Below are positions 45,572 through 55,124 of a stretch of DNA of 64,000 bases, piece by piece. Position numbers and translations under genes: made by a program. Numbering within the stretch: the first letter of the stretch is position 1; every line of letters starts with the position of its first letter. Source of the DNA: Gemmatimonadota bacterium (lineage in GTDB: Bacteria > Gemmatimonadota > Gemmatimonadetes > Palauibacterales > Palauibacteraceae); the NCBI GenBank assembly GCA_046757885.1, contig JBHHZD010000002.1, positions 37,494-101,493 of the forward strand, in the 5' to 3' direction. The notes beneath the pieces are model-generated. The model had not been told where the DNA came from, made no database searches, and saw only the letters and a list, made by a program, of their open reading frames with translations.

Positions 45572-46690
45572 GTGCTCGGACGGCTGCGCCGATTCGTGAT
45601 GCTGCGGGAGAGGGGGCTCACCCTGTCCCTCGGGGCCGCCCTCGCCGTGGCGGTCGGGATCCTCGCGGTCCCGCCGGCCCGGGCGGCCGTCCTGCGAGCC
45701 GCCGAGCGGGCCGCCGACGCGTGGGAGGCCCGCTGGACCCGCCGGCTCGAGGCGGGCGAGCGGCTCGTGGCACGGGGCGAGTACGAGCGCGCCGCGAGGT
45801 ACCTCGCGGCCCTCGACCGGCGCTTTCCCGCGGTCACGGTCAAGCACGCGAGGGACCGCGAGCGCGAGCGCCTGCTCGCGGCGCTCGGCCGCAGCTACAC
45901 GGAGCTCGGCCGGAAGCGGCTCGCGCTGGACGCCTTCCGTCGTCTCGTCGACTTCGATCCGCGCAACGTGGCGAACCACGCCGCGCTCGCCCGGGCGAGC
46001 CTTCGCTTCGACGAGCCCGAGGCGGCGCGCGACGAGTTCGCCGCGATCCTGCGCGTGGACCCGATGCATTTCGAGGCGCTCACGGGCTACATCGGATACT
46101 TCTTCGATCGCGGGGAGTACGGGCGGGCCGTGGAGGCCTTCCGGACGTATCTGGACGCGCTCGTCCCCACCCGGATCCTGGCCGGGTTCGGAGGGACGGA
46201 GACCGCGGTCTACGTGCCCGCGGACGGCCGGGTCCGGCCCGTGTCGCTGGCCCTGCTCGCTCCCGGCGGACGGGGCCGCCTCTCGCTGGGGACGGACGGC
46301 TTCTCGGTGGAGATCGGGAGCCTCGAGGCGATCGGGCCTCTGCTGGGCGGGCGGCCCGGCAGAACCGACGCGTCCGCGGCCCTGCCCCGGGTGGCGTGGA
46401 ACGCCGTGGGCTTCCGCCCCGTCTCGGACCGGAGGTTCCTCGCCCGGGACGCGGACCCCGTGCTGCGGGGGCCGGAGGTCCGGCTCCCCCACGGGATCGA
46501 GCGTGTGGAGCTCAGGATCCGGGTGCTCAAGCCCGTCCCGCCGCGGCTCTGGGAGTCGGTGCGCGCCAGCTATCGCAACACGCTGGACTTCGAGGGACTC
46601 GCGGACGCGCGGGCCCGCTCCGCCCTCTGTCCGGCCGCGGCGGGAGAGGATCCTCCCTGCTCGAGCGTGAGGTGGCCCGGTGACCTCTAG
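45572..46690 (+). CDS. TPR-repeat protein with N-terminal signal/anchor
   Basis: Repeated helical A/R/L-rich TPR-like units (YERAARYLAALD..., YTELGRKRLALDAFRRLVDFDPRNV...). Confidence 0.5.
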   Translation: MLGRLRRFVMLRERGLTLSLGAALAVAVGILAVPPARAAVLRAAERAADAWEARWTRRLEAGERLVARGEYERAARYLAALDRRFPAVTVKHARDRERERLLAALGRSYTELGRKRLALDAFRRLVDFDPRNVANHAALARASLRFDEPEAARDEFAAILRVDPMHFEALTGYIGYFFDRGEYGRAVEAFRTYLDALVPTRILAGFGGTETAVYVPADGRVRPVSLALLAPGGRGRLSLGTDGFSVEIGSLEAIGPLLGGRPGRTDASAALPRVAWNAVGFRPVSDRRFLARDADPVLRGPEVRLPHGIERVELRIRVLKPVPPRLWESVRASYRNTLDFEGLADARARSALCPAAAGEDPPCSSVRWPGDL

Positions 46691-49600
46691 GACCGGGGCG
46701 CGGCGCCGGCGGCGCGTGCGGCTGCGGGACGTCGTCCTGCTGTCCCTGCCCCTGGACTTCCTCCTCGGGTTGCTCCTCGCGGGATCCGTGCTCGACTACG
46801 TCCGCGCCCGCCAGTTCGACGACTGGTGGTCCCGCGGGTTCAGCGTGCCGGAGCTGTTCGCCGACCGGATCTGGGCCGCCGCCACGCTGCCGCGCGCGCT
46901 CAGCCTCGAGCGCCGGACGGATCCGGAGGGGGCGGACCCCGGCATCGTGCGCCTGCGCGTGACCGGGGAGGGATGGCAGGGCCTCACCGGAGACGCTCTG
47001 GCCCGCTGGAGCGAGTGGACCGACGCCGTCCTCCTGGAGCCGGGAGACGCCCGGGCCGTCGAGCTCCGCAAGAGGGGGGACACGAGCGTGCACTGGCTCA
47101 CGCCGAAGAAGTCCTTCACGCTGAAGACGTCGAGAACGGGTCTGTTCAAGGGCTACCGGCGACTCGCCTTCTCCGTGAAGGACGTCCTGCCGCTGTACGT
47201 GTCGAATCGGCTCGCCGCGGAGTTCGGCCTCCTGGCCCCGAGCACCGGGGTCGCCCCCGTCTTCCTCAACGATCGATTCTACGGGATGTTCCGCTGGGTC
47301 GAGCCCGTGGACGAGTCCTTCCTCCGACGCCACGGCCGGATGCCGGGGAACCTCTGGGAGGGCGAGGTCGCCGAGCGGGGCGAGAACTTCAAGGGGCTCC
47401 CGCGGGGCCTGTTCCACTACCCGTACATCTGGGAGCGGACGGCCATCAACGACCGTCCGGGCGCGGACACGACGGATGCCCTGCGGGGGCTCATCGAGGA
47501 CCTTCAGGGCGGCTCCTTCGCGTCGCACCTCGCGCTCATGGGACGGCTGGATCGCGAGGAGATCGCCCGCTTCGTCGCCTACCTGCTCGCGGTCGGCGAC
47601 CCGTACCACATGGACAACCTGCACAACCAGGTCTGGTACGAGGATCCGTCGACGGGCCTCCTTCACCCGATTCCCTGGGACGTGCGTTTGCTCGACCTCC
47701 GGGATCCGCCGATCTGGGTGAACCATTTCCTGCAGTCCGTCCTCCGCGATCCGTTCGTCGTGGACCGGGCGCTGGAGATTCTGCGCGACGAGCTCGCCGA
47801 CGAAGCCCTCGCGCGGAAGGCGGAGGACCTCACCCGTTCGGCCTGGGACCGGTACCGCTCGCACTTCGCGTACGACAGGGCCCGTCGGCGGATCGTCCCC
47901 GACGTCGGAACCCCGGCGCAGGTCATCGGGCGTCTGCGGACGAATCTGGACGTGCTCCGGACCTGGATGGAGGATTCGCGCGTGGCCGTGGCCGTGGGCG
48001 CCGGGGTCCGGCCCGACGGCACGACCATCGTGGATCTGGAGACCCGGGGATACGCGGGAGCCGATCTCGTCGGGCTCGACGTGGCAGGGGGCGGGAGCAT
48101 CCGGCCCCGCGTCGTCGCGGATCGAAACGGAAACGGGCTGCCGGACGCGGGGGACCGGACCGTGGACGGGGCGTGGACCCGGGCGGCCGACACCCTTCGG
48201 TTCGTGCCGGTGGAGCCGGTGGCGCTCCTCCCGGGCTGGGACACCCGCGAGCGCGGCATCCGCCCGGGGGCCGTGCACTACCGGCTCTTTCTCGTGCCTC
48301 CGCGTCGCTCGGGCCGGCTTTCTGCGCCGGCGGCCGTCGTCCCCCGGCTGCGGAACCGGATCGGCGCCTCTCCGACGCGCATCGAGCGATGGAGCGATGG
48401 GGATCCGCCGACCCCGACCCGCTCCTTCAGCCCGTGGTCCTTCCCCGCGCCGCGGGGCGCCAGCCGGATCTGGCGCGGCGGCGTGCGCGTCGGACACACG
48501 CTGCGGGTGGGTCGGGCCGACACCCTCATCATCGAGGCCGGCACGACCGTGGTGCTGGATCCGGAAGTCTCCCTCGTGGTGCGCGGCCATCTCGAGGTGC
48601 GCGGCGCACCGGATCGGCCCGTCCGCTTCCAGGCCTCCGATGCGCGGCATCCATGGGGAGCCCTCGCGCTCCAGGGACCGGGCGCGGGCGGGAGCGTGAT
48701 CCGCCACGCCCGCTTCTCCGGCGGCGGCGGTGCCACGATCGACCGGATCGAGTACACCGGGATGGTGAACGTGCACGGGGCCGACGACGTGCGGCTCGAG
48801 CACGTCGAGCTCCTCGACAACCTCCGCAGCGACGATGCGCTGCACGTCCTTCACGCCCGCGTCTTCCTCAGCGACTGCCGGTTCCGGAACGCGAACGGGG
48901 ACGCCGTGGATCTGGACTATGCCACGGGACGGATCGAGCGCTGCCGCTTCGAGGGATCCCGGAACGACGCGGTCGACCTGATGACGTCGAGCCCGGCCAT
49001 CATCGCCAGCGTGATGACCGGGTCCGGTGACAAGGGGATCTCGATCGGCGAGCGGAGCCGCCCGCTGCTCGTGGCGGACACGATCACCGGATCGACGCGC
49101 GGCATCGAGGTGAAGGACGGATCGGAGCCGGTCGCGCTCGGCGGACTCGTGACCGGCAACGGAGTCGGTCTCCTCGAGAACGTGAAGAACTGGCGGTACG
49201 GAGCCGGCGGCCGGGCCCGCCTCGTGGGGCTCGCCATCCGGGAGAACGCCGTCGATACGGCGCGGGATCAAGCGTCACGCGTCACGCTGCCCGCAGATTC
49301 CTCGCGGCTCGCGGACGAGGAGACGAGGCGCCTCCTCGCGATCCACGGCGTGGCGGATGACCCCGAGCTCGCGGCCACGGCGGCGGCCGGCCGCGCGGTC
49401 CGCCTCGTCGCGCGGGAGGCCTTCGTCGACGACTTCGCGCCCATCGCCGGGTGGCGGGGAACGGCGGGCGTGCGCCGACTCGTCCGTCGCTCGGACGATC
49501 TCGTCGTCACGTTGGATCGACGGGGCGGGATGGCGGAGCGCGAGGTGGACTGGGACCTCACCGACACCGGTCGCTCGTACTGGATCGTGCTCGAGCTCAC

Positions 49601-49862
49601 CACCCGGGCCGTGGCCGACGGGCGCATCACGATCCGCGGCGAGCGGGACACGGTCCAGGTGCCGACACCGCCGGAAGAGGTTCCGGGGGTGTACCGGTCC
49701 GTGGTCGTCGAACTGCCGCCGGACCGGTACACGGCCCTCGTGCTTTCCGGGCTTCCCGGAGCCGGGGCACGGCGGGTGGACCCGCGGACGGGCCTCGTGG
49801 AGCTGGACGGCGCCCGCATCCGGCTGCATTCCTGGGGGGTGTATGCGATCCCGAGGACCTGA
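46680..49862 (+). CDS. Large CotH-kinase-family-like protein with C-terminal right-handed beta-helix repeats; N-terminal TM anchor
   Basis: CotH-like block FLNDRFYGMFRWVEPVDESFLRRHG... YHMDNLHNQVWYEDP... HPIPWDVRLLDL. Later, parallel beta-helix-like repeats (NANGDAVDLDYATGRIERCRFEGSRNDAVDL; GSTRGIEVKDGS...). 1060 aa. Confidence 0.55.
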   Translation: MTSRTGARRRRRVRLRDVVLLSLPLDFLLGLLLAGSVLDYVRARQFDDWWSRGFSVPELFADRIWAAATLPRALSLERRTDPEGADPGIVRLRVTGEGWQGLTGDALARWSEWTDAVLLEPGDARAVELRKRGDTSVHWLTPKKSFTLKTSRTGLFKGYRRLAFSVKDVLPLYVSNRLAAEFGLLAPSTGVAPVFLNDRFYGMFRWVEPVDESFLRRHGRMPGNLWEGEVAERGENFKGLPRGLFHYPYIWERTAINDRPGADTTDALRGLIEDLQGGSFASHLALMGRLDREEIARFVAYLLAVGDPYHMDNLHNQVWYEDPSTGLLHPIPWDVRLLDLRDPPIWVNHFLQSVLRDPFVVDRALEILRDELADEALARKAEDLTRSAWDRYRSHFAYDRARRRIVPDVGTPAQVIGRLRTNLDVLRTWMEDSRVAVAVGAGVRPDGTTIVDLETRGYAGADLVGLDVAGGGSIRPRVVADRNGNGLPDAGDRTVDGAWTRAADTLRFVPVEPVALLPGWDTRERGIRPGAVHYRLFLVPPRRSGRLSAPAAVVPRLRNRIGASPTRIERWSDGDPPTPTRSFSPWSFPAPRGASRIWRGGVRVGHTLRVGRADTLIIEAGTTVVLDPEVSLVVRGHLEVRGAPDRPVRFQASDARHPWGALALQGPGAGGSVIRHARFSGGGGATIDRIEYTGMVNVHGADDVRLEHVELLDNLRSDDALHVLHARVFLSDCRFRNANGDAVDLDYATGRIERCRFEGSRNDAVDLMTSSPAIIASVMTGSGDKGISIGERSRPLLVADTITGSTRGIEVKDGSEPVALGGLVTGNGVGLLENVKNWRYGAGGRARLVGLAIRENAVDTARDQASRVTLPADSSRLADEETRRLLAIHGVADDPELAATAAAGRAVRLVAREAFVDDFAPIAGWRGTAGVRRLVRRSDDLVVTLDRRGGMAEREVDWDLTDTGRSYWIVLELTTRAVADGRITIRGERDTVQVPTPPEEVPGVYRSVVVELPPDRYTALVLSGLPGAGARRVDPRTGLVELDGARIRLHSWGVYAIPRT

Positions 49863-50955
49863 CGCGCGGCGCGCGATCGCGGGGGCGCTCCTCCTCGCGA
49901 CGCTCCCTCCCGGTCCGTACCGGCCGGTCCGGGCGCAGGAACCGGCGAGTCCGGCGGCGGACGAGTTCACGTTCGTGGTCCTCGGCCACGTGCGCGGGAA
50001 CGAGTCGGGCCCTCACTATCTTCTCGGCTCGCTCGTGGCGGAAGTGCGGGCCCTTCATCCGGACCTCGTCTTCCTGACCGGAGACATCATCTGGGGCGAC
50101 GTGCGGACGAATCCGGCCGATTCCGCCTCCGTCGAGCGCGAGTGGGACGTCGTCGATTCCGCCTTCGCGGCGATCGGGGCCCCCGTCTACCGCGTTCCCG
50201 GGAACCATGACATCAACGATCTCGTGACGCGGGACATCTACGCCCGCCGGTACGGCCTCCCGCCCGCCTTCGTGGACTACGGGGGCTACCGGTTCCTTCT
50301 CCTGAGCAGCAGCTGGATCCCGGCGGACGGAGATACCCGCAAGCGCCTGTTCATCCGGGGCAAGGACCTGGACGAGGCTCAGATCGCATTCCTGCGCCGG
50401 GCGCTCGCGCCGGACGAGGCCCGGCGGGGCGCCTTCGTCCTCATGCATCACCTCCTGTGGTGGGAGGAGGACGCGCCGTGGTGGCGGGATGTCCACCCCC
50501 TTCTGCGGGAGGGCGGAGTGCGGGCCGTGTTCGGCGGCGACTACGGTCCGATGAAGTTCTCGCACATGCGCCGTGACGGGATCGACTACTTCCAGAGCTC
50601 GATCGAGGGAGATGTCCGCATCCCGATCCTGCGCGCCCGCGAGGAGAGCCGACTCCTCTCGGCCCAGTTCGACAACTACCTCGTCGTCCGGGTCCGGGGG
50701 GCCGACGTGAGCGTGGACGTGCGCCCGTTCGCGGCCGTCGAATCCGGGCACTTCACCCCGCAGCGGTGGAGAGAGATCCACGCGGACGAACTCGCGGACG
50801 CGGGGGCGGCCGCCCGGCTGCGCCGGCGCCTGGCGTCGGTGTGGGGGACGATCAACAGCCCGAAGCGGCTGCTGGCTCTCGGGGTCGTGGTCGCCCTGAT
50901 CTTCGGCGCCGGATTCGCGGCCGCCTCGCTGTGGAGCCGGCGCCTGGGCCGATAG
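49843..50955 (+). CDS. Metallophosphoesterase (calcineurin-like) with signal peptide and C-terminal TM anchor
   Basis: FTFVVLGHVRGN..., LTGDIIWGD, VPGNHD metal-binding motifs; C-terminal helix LLALGVVVALIFGAGFAAASLW. Confidence 0.6.
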   Translation: MRSRGPDARRAIAGALLLATLPPGPYRPVRAQEPASPAADEFTFVVLGHVRGNESGPHYLLGSLVAEVRALHPDLVFLTGDIIWGDVRTNPADSASVEREWDVVDSAFAAIGAPVYRVPGNHDINDLVTRDIYARRYGLPPAFVDYGGYRFLLLSSSWIPADGDTRKRLFIRGKDLDEAQIAFLRRALAPDEARRGAFVLMHHLLWWEEDAPWWRDVHPLLREGGVRAVFGGDYGPMKFSHMRRDGIDYFQSSIEGDVRIPILRAREESRLLSAQFDNYLVVRVRGADVSVDVRPFAAVESGHFTPQRWREIHADELADAGAAARLRRRLASVWGTINSPKRLLALGVVVALIFGAGFAAASLWSRRLGR

Positions 50956-50964
50956 AGGCCGCCC

Positions 50965-52131
50965 TCACGCCTCGGGCGGCGCCGCGGACGCGCCGTCCTC
51001 GATCGGAAGGCCCTCGCCGTCGATGCGAATCGGGACGTGGTCGGCGGGATCCAGCGGACGCGGCCGCCTCCAGACCCTTCCCCCGACCATGGCGCGCGCC
51101 GCCCAGCCCGGATTGTAGGCGATGCTCGACCACAGGAAGACCTCGGTCGTGCAGTGGCATCGCCTCGCGGCCACGTGGGCCCGCAGCTCGTCGGTCCGGG
51201 GGGAGTTCCAGATCTCGGGGAAGGTCTGCTCGCGCAGGTTGCCGAGCGGCGTGTGCATCTCGCACAGCGACACGTCTCCGTTCGCGTACACCACGCCCGT
51301 GAGCCGACCCGCCCGGCAGGGAACGACCTGGCGGTTCTCCTTCATCGTCCTGACCTTCGCCCACTGGAGCATCGGCTCCACGGCCGCGCCGTAGCGACCC
51401 TCCTCGCGAGGGGCCCACAGACGGCGGATGTACGCGTACAGCTCCTCGTAGCGGTGCTGGAGGGGGGCCTCGAGCCCGGGATTCTTCCGGTCGCCCCGGA
51501 TCACGGCCAGGTTGTGGTGGTCCATCTTCGGACACCGCTCGTACAGGTAGGTCGTGAGGCGGCGGATCTCGTCCATGTTCACGTCGGTGGCGGTCGAGAT
51601 CGCGTGGATCCGGAGCCGGGCATCGCTCTCCTGAAGCGTCGCCAGCGCATCGTAGGACTCCATGGCGCGTCGGAACGAGTTCCGCGCGACCCGGAACGTG
51701 TCGTGAAACTCGGGCATGCCGTCCAGCGAGAGCTCGACGACGAACAGGTCGAGACCCGGTTCCTCCAGCGTCTCGCCCACCTGCTTCACGATGCGGTCCG
51801 GAAAGTACCCGTTCGTCGGCACGTAGATCTGGCCGACCCCGTTGTGGCGGATGAACTGGCGGCAGATCTCCGAGAACTCCTTGCGCAGGAACGGCTCGCC
51901 GCCCGAGAGGTTCAGGTTCTCGACCGGCCCGAGAGAGCGGGAGAGCTCGAAGATCTCGTCCTTCGTCAGGTCGTCCTTGCCGTTCAGGCTTCGCCAGTAG
52001 AAGCAGTGCTCGCACTTCATGTTGCAGAGCGAGTTGATGAACAGGATGAGGAAGGGCGGCGTCGGAGGCGTCTGATAGCCCTTCCGAAGGATCCGGAGCC
52101 TGCGGCGGGTGCTCTCCAGCCTGTTCGGCAT
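50965..52131 (-). CDS. Radical SAM enzyme with C-terminal Cys-rich (SPASM/twitch-like) auxiliary-cluster domain
   Basis: CNMKCEHC (CxxxCxxC) and the GGEP motif (LSGGEPFL); C-terminal Cys at VVPCRAG... SLCEMH... RRCHCT. I placed the start at the ATG at 52131, which has a GAGG Shine-Dalgarno 9 nt upstream; an alternative ATG lies at 52146. Confidence 0.7.
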   Translation of the reverse strand: MPNRLESTRRRLRILRKGYQTPPTPPFLILFINSLCNMKCEHCFYWRSLNGKDDLTKDEIFELSRSLGPVENLNLSGGEPFLRKEFSEICRQFIRHNGVGQIYVPTNGYFPDRIVKQVGETLEEPGLDLFVVELSLDGMPEFHDTFRVARNSFRRAMESYDALATLQESDARLRIHAISTATDVNMDEIRRLTTYLYERCPKMDHHNLAVIRGDRKNPGLEAPLQHRYEELYAYIRRLWAPREEGRYGAAVEPMLQWAKVRTMKENRQVVPCRAGRLTGVVYANGDVSLCEMHTPLGNLREQTFPEIWNSPRTDELRAHVAARRCHCTTEVFLWSSIAYNPGWAARAMVGGRVWRRPRPLDPADHVPIRIDGEGLPIEDGASAAPPEA

Positions 52132-52203
52132 GCGGCGAAACCTCATCCCCGCGCACGCGGGGGGACGTCGGGTGCTCCGATACCAGCCTACATCAACGTC
52201 GTA

Positions 52204-53700
52204 TCAACCTGCAACTGTCGTGCCGGGCGTGTCCCCGTCGGCCGATGCGGGCCAGCCGCGCCACAGGAGCCACAGGAGGACGCCCACGACGGCGAACACG
52301 GGGAGCGGGGAGGCCCCGTCCGCCAGGTACGGCGCGTAGGCGCCGGCCGTCTTCCGCAGGACGGTGAGCCAGGGAAGCTCGAACCCGCCGAGCAGCACGT
52401 GCGCGAGGGAGGTGGGCACGGATTCCCGCGCCATCGCGACGCTCCACGAGATGACGACGGTCGGCAGGACGACGAGGACCCTGAGAACCCCGGGCGTCCG
52501 AAGAAGGACGGGCACGAGCGCCAGGTACAGCAGGGGGACGGCCGGGACCAGGTAGCGCACACCCGTGTTGAACTGGAGCCGGGCGAACTGGATCGAGCTC
52601 GCGAACACGAGGAGCGCGCCCGTCGCCACGAGGGCGAAAGCCACCCCCGCCGGGCCGGGATCGCCGGGACGGCGCCGCAGCCACGGCGCCGCGACGGCCA
52701 GCGCGAGCATCGGACAGAACGCGAGGAGCCCGAACCGGGGATCCAGGAGATTCCGCCACAGGAGGTCGGGTGCCGGCGCCGTGATCCCGTGCCAGCCACG
52801 GACGCTGAACGGCGTCGCGGGCATGTAGCTCTGCGCGGGCAGCCACGGATTCCCGAACGCCCGCCACTGGTATCCGAACAGGAGGAGAAGGGGGCCCGCC
52901 GCTCCCAGCGCGAACCAGGCAGCCGAGCGCAGGGCCCGGCGCGGGCCGCCGGCCCGCCAGCCGTCGGCCATCGTCCACACGCCGAATGCTGCCGCGAGCG
53001 GCGCGGCGCTGTAGTCCGTCAGCAGGGCCAGGCCCAGGAGCGCCCCGACGCCCGCGAGCCTCCGCGGTCCCCGGGCACCCGCCCGCCTCTCCGGATCGAC
53101 GCCCAGCATCGCCACGAAGGCGAACAGCACGAGGTGCGCCACGATCGCATTCTGGTTCAGGAACGCGGACCGGAAGAAGATCGGCGTGCCGAAGGCGTAC
53201 AGAAGCGCCAGCCAGAGGGCACGCCTCTCCCCGACACGGGCGCGCAGGAACAGGAAGACGAGAACGGCCGCCAGGCCTCCGAGGGGCGCCATGAGCCCGA
53301 CCTGCATGCTCGCCGCCGCGAGCCCGAGCTTCACGTCCAGCCCCCGCGCTCGCGCCTCGTTGAAGAAGCGCGTCCGGTTGGGGCGCGGATCGTCGTAGGT
53401 GCCGGGCGGCTTCGGCCGCGCGAGCTCCGGCCGGGCCGCGAACAGGATCGCGACGAACGGCCGCGAGAGGGCGTACGGGACCGCGCCGAGCAGCGAGGCG
53501 CCCGGATTGTTGTTGACGTAGACGCCGCGCCCCGGGACGCGGAACAGGTCCGGGTGGAGGCCCTCGTAGGCGTCCACGCGCAGGGACGGCCCGTCACCGA
53601 GCGCCACGGCGAGATACGTCTCGCGCACGACGTTGGACGCGAAGTGCGCCCCGTACACGAGCCACACGGTCAGGAACAGGCGTCTCGCGGTTCCCGTCAC
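52204..53700 (-). CDS. Polytopic membrane protein, possible GT-C-fold glycosyltransferase
   Basis: GTG at 53700, directly after the upstream stop. About 12 TM helices with a periplasmic-type loop YVNNNPGASLLGAVPY. The ORF is open further upstream but overlaps the FAD-oxidoreductase gene. Confidence 0.5.
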   Translation of the reverse strand: MTGTARRLFLTVWLVYGAHFASNVVRETYLAVALGDGPSLRVDAYEGLHPDLFRVPGRGVYVNNNPGASLLGAVPYALSRPFVAILFAARPELARPKPPGTYDDPRPNRTRFFNEARARGLDVKLGLAAASMQVGLMAPLGGLAAVLVFLFLRARVGERRALWLALLYAFGTPIFFRSAFLNQNAIVAHLVLFAFVAMLGVDPERRAGARGPRRLAGVGALLGLALLTDYSAAPLAAAFGVWTMADGWRAGGPRRALRSAAWFALGAAGPLLLLFGYQWRAFGNPWLPAQSYMPATPFSVRGWHGITAPAPDLLWRNLLDPRFGLLAFCPMLALAVAAPWLRRRPGDPGPAGVAFALVATGALLVFASSIQFARLQFNTGVRYLVPAVPLLYLALVPVLLRTPGVLRVLVVLPTVVISWSVAMARESVPTSLAHVLLGGFELPWLTVLRKTAGAYAPYLADGASPLPVFAVVGVLLWLLWRGWPASADGDTPGTTVAG

Positions 53701-53702
53701 GC

Positions 53703-55124
53703 TCAGTCCTCCACCACGTGGGTGTCGAAGATCGCACGGCGTGCCGCCCACAGCGCCGGATCCACGCGGCCATCGCGCAGGCACTCGACCGCGCTGTAGG
53801 CCATGAACAGCGCGTGGTGCGTGTTGTCGTGTGCGAACAGCCCCTGCCGCCCGAAGGTGAGGAGGCCGGGGAGGTCCGTGGCCCACGCGTCGAGGCGCGC
53901 GAAGGAAGCCTCGTATCCCCTCCCGTAGATCGGGTAGGCGTGGCGGAGGCGCCGGACCGTGACGCCGATGGGTGGATCCGGCGGCCCGATCCCTGCCCGC
54001 TCCAGGTCCGCCATCACCCGGTCTCCGAGGGCCTCGTCCTCGAGGCTCCACACGTCGTCGTCCGGGGCGCACGGGAGCTCCGCGCACAGGGTCGTCCGGC
54101 CCCGCGGCTCGTCGAGATTCGCGTAGTTCTTCGTCTCGGAGAGCCGGGTGACCGTCACGTCGGGGCCCGGGAAATAGTGGGCGTCGTATTCCGTGAACCG
54201 GTCCACGGGGAGCGTCAGATAGACGAGGAGCATCGCCCGGTAGTCGATGCTCGCGGCCGCCTGCCGGACCTCCTCGGGGGGCTCCGGCCGGGTGATCCCC
54301 GCCAGGGCGGTGATCGGAATCGTGGACCACACGGCGTCGGCCTCGATCTCCCGCGGACCGCCCTCCCCCTCGGCGCGAACCCGCCACACGCCCCCGCCGT
54401 CGGGCCGCTCGAGCGCCGTGACCCGCTCGCCGAGCCGGATCTCCGCCCCCACCTGCCTCGCCGCCTCCGCATAGGCCTCGCAGATCGCCCCGAAGCCGCG
54501 CCTCGGATAGAAGAAATGGCTGAATCCCACGGCCGGGACGCCCGGAATCCGGCCCAGGACCTTGCGGGCGAGCTTGCCGGGGGAGTTCGCCGCGACGCGC
54601 CGGTGCGCCTGCGTGGCGGAGAGCTCCTCGGGCGCCCTGCCCCAGATCTTCCGCGCGTACGGGAAGTAGAAGCGCTCGCAGATCGTCGGCCCGAGGCGCG
54701 CCAGGAGCACCGAGGCGAAGGACTCCTCGGGTCCGCGTCCCTGACCCACCAGGCGCCCGACCGCGTCCCGCGCCGCCCCGAGGGCGAACGAGGGATCCAG
54801 CCGGAGGAGGAGGTCCAGGGGGCGGAGGGGAAACCGGATCCACCGCCCGTCGAGCCGGATCCGGCCGTGTCGGGGCCGCGTCAGCAGCTCCCCGCCCAGC
54901 AGCTCGCGGATGTCCGCCATGATCCCCGGCTCGCAGGCCGGGTGGAGCCGGTGGCTCCCGAAGTCCACTCGCTGGCCGGCCACGTCGAACGAGCCGGCGT
55001 TCCCGCCGACCACGGTCTTCTGCTCCAGGACCGTCACGGCCGCGCGGTTTCCGGTCCTCAGCCGGAAGGCCGCGCCCAGTCCGGCCGGCCCCGCGCCGAG
55101 GATGACGATGCGGGGCTCAGACAT
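53703..55124 (-). CDS. NAD(P)/FAD-dependent oxidoreductase (amine-oxidase/protoporphyrinogen-oxidase-like), paralog of 34181..35662
   Basis: RIVILGAGPAGLGAAFRL... VLEQKTVVGGNAGS dinucleotide-binding motif. 473 aa. Confidence 0.7.
   Translation of the reverse strand: MSEPRIVILGAGPAGLGAAFRLRTGNRAAVTVLEQKTVVGGNAGSFDVAGQRVDFGSHRLHPACEPGIMADIRELLGGELLTRPRHGRIRLDGRWIRFPLRPLDLLLRLDPSFALGAARDAVGRLVGQGRGPEESFASVLLARLGPTICERFYFPYARKIWGRAPEELSATQAHRRVAANSPGKLARKVLGRIPGVPAVGFSHFFYPRRGFGAICEAYAEAARQVGAEIRLGERVTALERPDGGGVWRVRAEGEGGPREIEADAVWSTIPITALAGITRPEPPEEVRQAAASIDYRAMLLVYLTLPVDRFTEYDAHYFPGPDVTVTRLSETKNYANLDEPRGRTTLCAELPCAPDDDVWSLEDEALGDRVMADLERAGIGPPDPPIGVTVRRLRHAYPIYGRGYEASFARLDAWATDLPGLLTFGRQGLFAHDNTHHALFMAYSAVECLRDGRVDPALWAARRAIFDTHVVED

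Noticed and set aside
42439-45843. 1134-aa minus-strand ORF
   Set aside because: Antisense to the Wzx, VTC and DUF4956 genes; RG-rich artifact.
46527-49271. 914-aa minus-strand ORF
   Set aside because: Antisense to the CotH-like gene; low-complexity.
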